In this document: positions 9,931 through 16,122 of the stretch, in pieces
How the letters are laid out: each line of letters opens with the position of its first letter
Position numbering within the stretch: the stretch's first letter is position 1
From: a virus
Length of the DNA: 64,000 nucleotides
Direction: 5' to 3' (one strand)
Virus record (IMG/VR): IMGVR_UViG_3300022843_000001
Span: 32,001 to 96,000 of that record
The notes under the pieces: model-generated
What the model was told of the DNA's origin: nothing
Databases searched by the model: none
Seen by the model: the letters and a program-made list of their open reading frames with translations, nothing else
Translations under genes and position numbers: made by a program

Positions 9931-10025
9931 AATTTAATTTGTTTCTCAATTTCAATACGTGTATTATATCATAAGGTGGGGGTTGTGTCAACAACTTAGT
10001 TGTTATATCGATATAACTGATAGTT
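9931..10025 (-). repeat. Early promoter cassette copy driving glycosylase-rtcB
   Basis: -35 9986-9991, -10 9963-9968, perfect palindrome GTTATATCGATATAAC 10002-10017. Confidence 0.85.
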
Positions 10026-10037
10026 ATATGGGGGAAT

Positions 10038-10112
10038 TGGTGGGCATGCTAGGGTTCGAACCTAGGATAGCAGATTCAAAATCTGCCGTGTTTCCTACTA
10101 CACTACACGCCT
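10038..10112 (-). tRNA. tRNA-Gln(TTG)
   Basis: GCAGA-TTTTGAA-TCTGC anticodon arm, TTCGAA T-loop, CCA. Confidence 0.9.
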
Positions 10113-10131
10113 ATAATTAGAATATACAATT

Positions 10132-10204
10132 TGGCGCTCCCGATAGGACTCGAACCTATAAATTCCCAGCTTCGTAGGCCGAGTTGCATCCAGTTGCCGA
10201 GAGC
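10132..10204 (-). tRNA. tRNA-Arg(ACG), shortened D-arm
   Basis: CTACGAA loop, GTTCGAGTC, acceptor GCTCTCG/CGGGAGC, CCA. Confidence 0.75.
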
Positions 10205-10209
10205 ATAAT

Positions 10210-10374
10210 TTAATAATTTTCGAATTTGCATTTATTGCAGTGGACGTGATGCCTATGGTCTTCTTTGTTTTTCTGGTCACAATTGGTTAGATTACCGGAC
10301 AAGCAATGAGGGCATATTTTACCTGCCTTCAATTTGTCTCGGAACTTTCTATGTTTACCGCTTCTATTAGACAT
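10210..10374 (-). CDS. Small zinc-ribbon protein, 54 aa
   Basis: Hand translation MSNRSGKHRKFRDKLKAGKICPHCLSGNLTNCDQKNKEDHRHHVHCNKCKFENY; GGA RBS; CxxC...CxxC. Confidence 0.6.
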   Translation of the reverse strand: MSNRSGKHRKFRDKLKAGKICPHCLSGNLTNCDQKNKEDHRHHVHCNKCKFENY

Positions 10375-10390
10375 TTCGTTTCCTATAAAT

Positions 10391-10480
10391 TGGCGGAAAG
10401 ATGAGGAGTCGAACCCCTAACGCTACTAACGTCACCACGGTATTCAACACCGTTTGCCGGCCTACCCAGCGGATCAATCC
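10391..10480 (-). tRNA. tRNA-Ser(TGA)
   Basis: ACGGT-GTTGAAT-ACCGT, long variable arm, G73, CCA. Confidence 0.85.
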
Positions 10481-10490
10481 ATAATTTAAA

Positions 10491-10588
10491 ACTGTCTCAG
10501 GATCGTGCCTGATTAACTGGGTTAAGGACCCATTGCATTATTGCTGTGTCATAGTGCACTAATCACAGAAATTATTATGCTAAACAGT
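10491..10588 (-). ncRNA. tRNA-like four-way RNA with enlarged D-position arm
   Basis: Closing stem ACTGTT/GACAGT, long arm with CTGTG/CACAG, TGGG-TCCTTAA-CCCA, TCAGG-CACGAT-CCTGA; no CCA. Confidence 0.4.
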
Positions 10589-10630
10589 GTGTTATAACAA
10601 GATTTTCTACTATATTCAGTAGATGTAATT

Positions 10631-10717
10631 TGGAAGAAGGTAGAGGTAACGATCCCCGAACGCTATAAACGATCCCTTGGGGTTCAAACCCAATTTGTGC
10701 CCAGCACGGTACCTTCC
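10631..10717 (-). tRNA. tRNA-Ser(TGA) second copy, ATCGTTA T-loop
   Basis: TTGGG-TTTGAAC-CCCAA, long variable arm, CCA. Confidence 0.8.
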
Positions 10718-10722
10718 ATTTT

Positions 10723-10796
10723 TGGTAGTCAATGTTGGAATTGAACCAACGTCTCAGGCATGTAAAACCTGTGCTAATCCCCTCAGCTAATCGACT
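10723..10796 (-). tRNA. tRNA-Val(TAC)
   Basis: CAGGT-TTTACAT-GCCTG, acceptor AGTCGAT/ATTGACT, CCA. Confidence 0.85.
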
Positions 10797-10801
10797 TTAA
10801 T

Positions 10802-10870
10802 TGGTGGGCCGAGAGGGTCACGATCCCTCTCTCTCCAAATTATGAGTTTGTTGCTTTCCCAGTTAAGCTG
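10802..10870 (-). pseudogene. tRNA(CAT) lacking a matching 5' acceptor strand, fused to upstream tRNA-like element
   Basis: D, anticodon (CTCATAA) and T arms and CCA present; the 5' strand expected to pair with TCGGCCC is replaced by the 3' end of the next element. Confidence 0.55.
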
Positions 10871-10950
10871 TACCAGCCGAGGGATTGAACCTCGTATTGG
10901 ATATCAAAGTGACGCCTTGACAATAATATCCTAGCAAACCATGCGCTGGC
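10871..10950 (-). ncRNA. tRNA-like element with extended anticodon-position hairpin
   Basis: GCCAGC/GCTGGT acceptor, GCA-TGGTT-TGC, GGATAT/ATATCC hairpin, CGAGG-TTCAATC-CCTCG. Confidence 0.45.
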
Positions 10951-10955
10951 ATTGA

Positions 10956-11026
10956 TGGTGGTGAGCCTAGGTATCGAACCTAACTGATCTGAGATATGAA
11001 CTCTGATTGGTCCCTGACCGCCCACC
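10956..11026 (-). tRNA. tRNA-Met or Ile2 (CAT), shortened D-arm
   Basis: TTCATAT loop, acceptor GGTGGGC/GCTCACC, CCA. Confidence 0.7.
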
Positions 11027-11033
11027 ATAAAAG

Positions 11034-11123
11034 TGGAGGAAGACGCTGAAATTGAATCAGACACACATTTCTGGTGCGATTTGTTTAGCAAACAATCCTA
11101 GTCACCAGACTAGATCATCTTCC
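11034..11123 (-). tRNA. tRNA-Ser(GCT)
   Basis: TTGCTAA loop, long variable arm, acceptor GGAAGAT/GTCTTCC, CCA. Confidence 0.8.
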
Positions 11124-11128
11124 GAAAA

Positions 11129-11199
11129 TGGCGACCCGATAAGGAATTGAACCTTACAAGACAACGTTTGGAGTGTCGTCACCGCCCAGCGGCCGAGCC
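11129..11199 (-). tRNA. tRNA-Trp(CCA), shortened D-arm
   Basis: CTCCAAA loop, G73, CCA; D-arm CCGC-TGG-GCGG. Confidence 0.75.
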
Positions 11200-11204
11200 A
11201 ATAT

Positions 11205-11280
11205 TGGAGGCAAATAAGAGAATCAAACTCTTCAATAACGAATTTGCAATTCGCACCCGTCATCAGCTGGGTCATCTGCC
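11205..11280 (-). tRNA. tRNA-Cys(GCA)
   Basis: GCGAA-TTGCAAA-TTCGT, U73, CCA. Confidence 0.85.
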
Positions 11281-11287
11281 GTAAAAT

Positions 11288-11359
11288 TGGTGGAGAATAT
11301 CGGTAACGATCCGATCCATCGACATTGCAAATGTCAAGTCTATCCCATACAGATTCCCC
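11288..11359 (-). tRNA. tRNA-Ala(TGC), ATCGTTA T-loop
   Basis: TTTGCAA loop and G3:U70 identity pair, CCA. Confidence 0.85.
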
Positions 11360-11457
11360 AAATTTGGTGGACCTTTTAAGAAGGTAGCCGAACCTTTATT
11401 CTATCGCGTGTTCCATATTACACCACATGCCGGACTCGAACCGGATCTCTAAGAATT

Positions 11458-11543
11458 TGGTGGTAGTGGAAGGATTCGAACCCTCAATGACTAGCATACC
11501 TGCGGGTTACAGCCGCGTACCCTTCCTAATGGGTGTCACTACC
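11458..11543 (-). tRNA. tRNA-Tyr(GTA)
   Basis: GCGG-CTGTAAC-CCGC, long variable arm, CCA. Confidence 0.9.
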
Positions 11544-12077
11544 TTTGTTTCTTTTCAATGTTCTAGTTGCATTGGTCACCGTTGCGGCACAACTAGAACT
11601 ACAATATTTGTTCTTTCGTTTTTTATAAGATATAGCATCATGACAATATTCACATATCTTAGGAGATTCTTTATATATAGCTTGAGTCTTATAATGTCGG
11701 GCATTAGCTTTTTCTGATGCCCCATTTTCATTAGCTATGCGCATTGCCTTTTGATTTTTAAGTTTTCTCAATTTCTCATTAGAGTTGATATAGTCCCATC
11801 CACCAGAACCACCTAATTTTAGGTTATAGGTATTAGATTCAGCAATGAAATCAAGATTAACAATTTCAGATTCCTTGTTAAACATTTCCTCTGGGTTGTC
11901 ATAAACGAATAAGATTTCTTTTGTGAATTTGTCTAATCCATGTTTGTCCTGAGCGTATTTTAAGTATTTTCCAGAACCCATATAATTGTCGTTCAAATTT
12001 TTGGTCTTATGTGTTCCAATATAGAACTTGCCATTGATTTGATTTGAAATCTTATAAACAGTGTATTTTATTTCCAT
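11526..12077 (-). mobile_element. GIY-YIG (Seg-like) homing endonuclease inside tRNA array
   Basis: [21 protein letters not shown]...YMGSG, YNLKLGG, C-terminal CEYC...YCSSSC; late promoter TATAAATA at 12083-12090; 3' end overlaps tRNA-Tyr. Confidence 0.85.
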
Positions 12078-12117
12078 ACATCTATTTATAATATTTCGAG
12101 TCTTGACTTCGACTCAA

Positions 12118-12191
12118 GGGAGCAGGTAGGGATAATCGAAATCCACTCAGCACGGCTTGGAAGGCCGGCGACTCACCTCGAGCTTACCTGC
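12118..12191 (-). tRNA. tRNA-Gly(TCC)
   Basis: CGGC-CTTCCAA-GCCG, acceptor GCAGGTA/TACCTGC, U73, ends CCC rather than CCA. Confidence 0.8.
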
Positions 12192-12203
12192 AAAAATAAA
12201 ACA

Positions 12204-12299
12204 CACGACAGACAGAGGGCGATAACAAATGGGCTTTAACGATATATCAGCATCATCCCTGCCGCACCTCGACGGCTTTTCTCTACTTCATCTGTCGTG
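12204..12299 (-). ncRNA. Structured non-tRNA element in tRNA array
   Basis: 9-bp closing stem CACGACAGA/TCTGTCGTG enclosing GCCG-TCGAGGTG-CGGC hairpin. Confidence 0.4.
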
Positions 12300-12305
12300 C
12301 ATATT

Positions 12306-12377
12306 TGGTAGCGGAAAGAGGACTTGAACCTCTGCTTCACAGGTTATGAGCCTGGAATGCAACCGTTGCGTTCCGCG
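12306..12377 (-). tRNA. tRNA-Met(CAT), initiator-like
   Basis: CTCATAA loop, unpaired C1:U72, CGCGG start, short D-arm, CCA. Confidence 0.75.
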
Positions 12378-12384
12378 TTAAAAA

Positions 12385-12449
12385 GGTCGAGAGCGCAGGA
12401 CTTGAACCTGACTATGATTCCCGTATAGGGACTTAACATTGTACTCTCT
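12385..12449 (-). pseudogene. Degenerate tRNA
   Basis: CAGG-TTCAAGT-CCTG T-arm and acceptor-like stem; D and anticodon arms collapsed. Confidence 0.45.
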
Positions 12450-12517
12450 ATAAATTGGCGGCAAACTTTCCATTCGCCTTGCTGATCACCTTGTACAAAG
12501 TGGTAGCATCTACATGT

Positions 12518-12593
12518 TGGCGACCCTTACGAGTTTTGATCTCGTTGCCTCCACCTTGACAGGGTGGCGCTCTCCCGATTGAGCTAAAGGGTC
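12518..12593 (-). tRNA. tRNA-Asp(GTC)
   Basis: CCACC-CTGTCAA-GGTGG, G73, CCA; T-loop ATCAAAA. Confidence 0.9.
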
Positions 12594-12602
12594 TTAATTT
12601 AA

Positions 12603-12781
12603 AATATTCTGTCAGGATGGTTGGACTCGAACCATCCATCTAAAGCATTTAGTCAGGACGGCTGGATTCGAACCAGCGTCTCCGCGTTCCAAACGCGGTA
12701 CTAAACCAAGCTCAGCTACGCCCGGACTAAATGCTCTATAAACGTGACTTACCAAGCTAACCTACACCCTGACACAATATT
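12603..12781 (-). ncRNA. Nested tRNA: tRNA-Pro(TGG) (12653-12725) inserted in the anticodon arm of an outer tRNA-Pro-like shell
   Basis: Inner cloverleaf CCGCG-TTTGGAA-CGCGG; 14-bp connector; outer acceptor TGTCAGGGTG/CATCCTGACA, own D-loop AGCTTGGT and T-loop TTCGAGT. Confidence 0.8.
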
Positions 12782-12788
12782 CTAAATT

Positions 12789-12864
12789 TGGTGCGTCCTC
12801 GAGGAATCGAACCTCGTTATCTGGTTCTTCAAACCAGCGCATTGACCACAACTGCCTAAGACGC
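12789..12864 (-). tRNA. tRNA-Phe(GAA)
   Basis: CTGGT-TTGAAGA-ACCAG, CCA. Confidence 0.9.
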
Positions 12865-12869
12865 GTAAT

Positions 12870-12944
12870 TGGAGCCCCTAGTCGGAATCGAACCAACTTA
12901 TCCGGATTACAAAACCGGTGCATCACCTTTTATGCTTTAGGGGC
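12870..12944 (-). tRNA. tRNA-Thr(TGT)
   Basis: CCGGT-TTTGTAA-TCCGG, CCA. Confidence 0.9.
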
Positions 12945-12948
12945 GTTT

Positions 12949-13103
12949 TGGCATTCCCGATAGGACTCGAACCCTGAACTTGACTTTAGAAGAATCGTGT
13001 GATTTCCAGTTTTACCATACACGCATTATTTGTTATCATGTAATATACACGTTACCTTATATCGACTTATTGCAACGTGCCTATCCAATTAGACTACGGG
13101 AAC
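12949..13103 (-). tRNA. tRNA-Arg(TCT) with ~80-nt insertion containing a second D-arm
   Basis: Acceptor GTTCCCG/CGGGAAT 155 nt apart; D-arm GTCT-AATTGGAT-AGGC; anticodon GATT-CTTCTAA-AGTC; T-loop TTCGAGT; CCA. Confidence 0.6.
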
Positions 13104-13147
13104 ATTAAATTGCACAGTAACATTGCTGTTGTTACTGTTTTAAAAAT

Positions 13148-13224
13148 TGGCTCCAAACCTAGGCTACGATCCTAGCACGCTTGCATTAACAGTGCAATGC
13201 CCCCACCTAGAGGGCCCGTTTGGA
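13148..13224 (-). tRNA. tRNA-Asn(GTT), ATCGTAG T-loop
   Basis: TTGCA-CTGTTAA-TGCAA, G73, CCA. Confidence 0.9.
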
Positions 13225-13300
13225 ATAAATTGGCTCAACCGTATTTTTTTATAAGGCAGCTGAGTTCCTCCTTAGATGATTTACAATTTTTTTTCTACGA

Positions 13301-13546
13301 TCAAGAGTTCGAACTCAAAGAAAGTTTATAAAAATTGTTGCTGCAGCACTGACATCTCAGTTGAATCGTAAGAATACTTTTTGATGGTGATCTGCAAACC
13401 ATATGCAGCGTTATTACCATTAAAAAGTAATCTTTGATTGTTTTCTTAAAATTTGACTTACCCTTTCGAGTATAATCTTTTTTCTTGTCACGCATTACAA
13501 CAGACTTGTTATAAGTACGAGCATGTTTTGCCACTGGATTTTTCAT
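13301..13546 (-). CDS. Small basic protein (MKNPVAKHARTYNK...)
   Basis: Strong GGAGGA RBS before Met24 of the ORF-track entry. Confidence 0.55.
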   Translation of the reverse strand: MKNPVAKHARTYNKSVVMRDKKKDYTRKGKSNFKKTIKDYFLMVITLHMVCRSPSKSILTIQLRCQCCSNNFYKLSLSSNS

Positions 13547-13737
13547 CCCGTTCCTCCTATGAAAGATTAATAAAGGCATCTGATTGGCTGCCCAGCAACT
13601 GAGCACTCGCACCAATCATATCCTCGCGGTGATTCTATCATCAAATAGTTAGCGAATCACCGCTTTGTATATTCTAATTTATTGAAGATCATTCATCAGA
13701 GGAACACCCCGATGTATTTCTTATTTCTTATACATGT

Positions 13738-13766
13738 ATTATAACATGGTTTTTCGAACTTGTCAA
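13738..13766 (-). promoter_or_regulatory. Sigma70-type early promoter (one of ~30 in window)
   Basis: TTGACA-17-TATAAT. Others at 3214-3242, 4371-4399, 7723-7751, 13958-13986, 14392-14420, 16396-16424, 18090-18118, 20747-20775, 28986-29014, 29857-29885, 39197-39225, 43906-43934, 56064-56092, 59893-59921, 61191-61219, 63757-63785. Confidence 0.85.
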
Positions 13767-14023
13767 TCTTTTTTCTTAATTTTCTTTATAATTAATTGTT
13801 ATATCGTTATAATTATAAAGAAAATTAAGGCCTGATTTGCAGGCCTTAACCATATCTTATGTCGTCTTCTTCTATATTTTTCTATTTTTCAACTAAAGGA
13901 ATTCTTAATTCTTGATTCTTGATCAGCATTTACAAATTCCCAATTTCCTATACATTCATTATAACAGGATTTAGTACCTGTGTCAACAACTAATTGCAAT
14001 ATTCTTATAATTAGATTCAGTAC

Positions 14024-14191
14024 TTATCGTAGTGAACTAATGATATCAGCGATGGAAGCGGGTTTAGCTTGACTGTACGTCTTTACAGCATATTCATAAT
14101 TATTATCAAGCATTTTTGCTACATCATTCTCATTGTTTCCCCATTTTAATAACAATTTAGTTACCTTGGATTTGAATTTATTCTGTATCAT
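14024..14191 (-). CDS. Small early protein, 55 aa (MIQNKFKSKVTKLLLKWGNNE...)
   Basis: Hand translation; directly behind cassette. Confidence 0.55.
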   Translation of the reverse strand: MIQNKFKSKVTKLLLKWGNNENDVAKMLDNNYEYAVKTYSQAKPASIADIISSLR

Positions 14192-14291
14192 AATATTTCT
14201 CAATTTCTATACATGTATTATACCATAGTCCCGGCAATATGTCAACAACTAATTTCAGTTTAGTTAGAACTTATGGTTATATCGATATAAT
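14192..14291 (-). repeat. Early promoter cassette copy
   Basis: -35 14240-14245, -10 14217-14222, near-palindrome 14276-14291. Confidence 0.85.
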
Positions 14292-14292
14292 T

Positions 14293-14366
14293 TGGTTCTC
14301 AATGATGGTAACGATCCACCGTCGTTCGGTTATCAGCCGAATGCTCTACCTTTGAGCTAATCGAGA
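14293..14366 (-). tRNA. tRNA-Ile(GAT), ATCGTTA T-loop
   Basis: TTCGG-CTGATAA-CCGAA, CCA. Confidence 0.9.
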
Positions 14367-14445
14367 ATAATTTCTCATTTCCTATACATTTATTATAACA
14401 GGATTTTGTGCCTATGTCAACCTTTATTTTTAATTTATTCAGTCC

Positions 14446-14479
14446 AAAAAAAACCCCAATCTGTGAAGAGTTGGGGTTT
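14446..14479 (-). terminator. Intrinsic terminator of putative attenuator 2
   Basis: AAACCCCAA-11 nt-TTGGGGTTT then TTTTT. Confidence 0.85.
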
Positions 14480-14509
14480 GGTATTCTTGAATATGGTTTT
14501 TATATCAAG

Positions 14510-14620
14510 TTATACTTTCCCCAAGCCAATATCGGCCATGCTCGCCCAATTGCCGCGATCATTGATCGTCGGATATTGAATCGATATAAACTGTTGTCTT
14601 AGGGAAGTCATTTTGCTCAT
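14510..14620 (-). CDS. Putative leader peptide 2, 36 aa
   Basis: MSKMTSLRQQFISIQYPTINDRGNWASMADIGLGKV; ends within the 5' strand of an antiterminator hairpin. Confidence 0.6.
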   Translation of the reverse strand: MSKMTSLRQQFISIQYPTINDRGNWASMADIGLGKV

Positions 14621-14668
14621 TAATTTTGGTTATGTATTATATATACAAGTTTTGTGCTTAATCTAAAT

Positions 14669-15112
14669 TTATTTTAAACTAAATGATTCACCACATCCAC
14701 ATGCCTGTCCTGCCAGTGGATTGTTAAATGTCAAGCCAGACTCGAATAGTTTCTTAACGTAGTCAACTTCCATTCCATCGATAAACAATATAGATTTCTT
14801 ATCAACAAATATAGACACGCCGTCATGAGCATCCGTGAACTTGTAATCATATTCATCAGGCGTCTCCACGAATTCAACCAGATATTGATAACCACCACAA
14901 CCAGCACCTTCTACACCAAATCGAACTCCTATAGTCTCGATTCCACGGTTATCAATCTCCCATTTGATAAATTGTGATGCATCTTTGGTTAATGTCAAAC
15001 CCACAACCTCAAGTTTTTGTGCAGGTATATTGAAATTTATGTCTGGCTCGATATTCACGATATCTCTGCTTGCTTTGCGGACTGCAGCATAGTAATGTGC
15101 TTTCTGATCCAC
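14669..15112 (-). CDS. iscA: Fe-S cluster assembly A-type carrier (IscA/HesB family)
   Basis: GVRFGVEGAGCGGYQY, VDKKS...IDGMEVDY, NNP....CGCGESFS. Confidence 0.9.
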   Translation of the reverse strand: MDQKAHYYAAVRKASRDIVNIEPDINFNIPAQKLEVVGLTLTKDASQFIKWEIDNRGIETIGVRFGVEGAGCGGYQYLVEFVETPDEYDYKFTDAHDGVSIFVDKKSILFIDGMEVDYVKKLFESGLTFNNPLAGQACGCGESFSLK

Positions 15113-15276
15113 CTCATAAACATAATGGCCCGATCTGAGGCCATTAATGAAGCGCCGCCCACATCAGCAATAGGTACTGGGAAATTAAAACCACAAGCAG
15201 TAGAGTACCACAATTCCCCTTCTCTGTAATATTGGAAGGTTACTTGCTTGTTCTTGACCATGTCTTTGATATTCAT
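15055..15276 (-). CDS. Conserved phage hypothetical protein (MNIKDMVKNKQVTFQYYREGELWY)
   Basis: AGGA RBS; the longer ORF-track start is just read-through of tRNA-Leu. Confidence 0.6.
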   Translation of the reverse strand: MNIKDMVKNKQVTFQYYREGELWYSTACGFNFPVPIADVGGASLMASDRAIMFMRWIRKHITMLQSAKQAEIS

Positions 15277-15301
15277 AATATTTCCTGTTTCCTGTTTAAA
15301 A

Positions 15302-15378
15302 TGGTACGTCGAGCGGGAGTCGAACCCGCAACATCTGGATTTTAAGTCCAGCGCCTCTGCCAATTGGACCACCGACGC
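15302..15378 (-). tRNA. tRNA-Leu(TAA)
   Basis: CTGGA-CTTAAAA-TCCAG, short variable arm, CCA. Confidence 0.9.
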
Positions 15379-15384
15379 ATAATT

Positions 15385-15462
15385 TGGTACCACCACTCGG
15401 ATTCGAACCGAGACATTAACTACTTTTGAAACAGTCCCCTCTGCCAATTGGGGTATGGTGGT
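15385..15462 (-). tRNA. tRNA-Leu(CAA)
   Basis: ACTGT-TTCAAAA-GTAGT, CCA. Confidence 0.85.
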
Positions 15463-15489
15463 ATTATTCTAACCTAAGTCAGATTAATT

Positions 15490-15564
15490 TGGTGTCTCTA
15501 GGGGGAATCGAACCCCCTACTCTTGGGTGAAAGCCAAGTGATCTAACCGGTAATCCATAGAGAC
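15490..15564 (-). tRNA. tRNA-Glu(TTC)
   Basis: CTTGG-CTTTCAC-CCAAG, CCA. Confidence 0.9.
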
Positions 15565-15570
15565 GTAAAA

Positions 15571-15646
15571 TGGTGGGTCCACAGAGATTCGAACTCTGAT
15601 AACCGGATTAAAAGTCCGGGATAATTGCCCTTTATATTATGGACCC
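15571..15646 (-). tRNA. tRNA-Lys(TTT)
   Basis: CCGGA-CTTTTAA-TCCGG, CCA. Confidence 0.9.
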
Positions 15647-15682
15647 AGGTCCGCTTTGTTATCGTGTAGCGTTCACGCATTT

Positions 15683-15765
15683 TGGTACGAGGAGAGGGAC
15701 TCGAACCCTCAAAGGCCTGGTTTCTAAAACCAGTAGATCTGCCAATTCTCATTAGCCACCCTCGC
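15683..15765 (-). tRNA. tRNA-Leu(TAG)
   Basis: CTGGT-TTTAGAA-ACCAG, enlarged D-loop, CCA. Confidence 0.85.
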
Positions 15766-15782
15766 ATTAAATCCTCAACTTA

Positions 15783-16010
15783 TTAAGTTGTTTTTCTTTT
15801 TCTATATCGTAGACGGTTGCGGCAAGCGTAAGCAGTCCCGCGGTTATTATCAACTCCCATCATCAAATTAGTGATCTCATTAAATACAGCAACTGGCACC
15901 TCGCCATTATCCATAATATGACTATTGGCAAGTTTACCTTTACCCATCTTACGAAGATGTTGCATTTTGACCTTAATCATAACGGGCATTGTTTTCCATA
16001 TAACCATCAT
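15783..16010 (-). CDS. Small hypothetical protein in tRNA block 1
   Basis: GAGA RBS, fills inter-tRNA gap. Confidence 0.45.
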   Translation of the reverse strand: MMVIWKTMPVMIKVKMQHLRKMGKGKLANSHIMDNGEVPVAVFNEITNLMMGVDNNRGTAYACRNRLRYRKRKTT

Positions 16011-16024
16011 ACTATTCTCTTATT

Positions 16025-16102
16025 TGGTACATCTGACGGGGATCGAACCCGCATTTCCCTGATTGAAAGTCAAGTTGCCTATTCCAGTTAGCAGACAGAT
16101 GT
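16025..16102 (-). tRNA. tRNA-Glu(TTC) second copy
   Basis: CTTGA-CTTTCAA-TCAGG, CCA. Confidence 0.85.
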
Positions 16103-16122
16103 ATAATTCTTTTAATATATTT

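Noticed and set aside
13290-13420. Further tRNA-like element (GAGTTCGAACTC arm, CTGCA/TGCAG arm)
   Set aside because: No convincing acceptor stem could be found, and it overlaps a probable ORF tail
10391-15765. Possible suppressor tRNAs or genetic-code change (TAA, TAG, TGA triplets in anticodon loops)
   Set aside because: These are anticodons reading TTA, CTA and TCA; no CTA/TTA/TCA anticodon was found and core genes are open in the standard code
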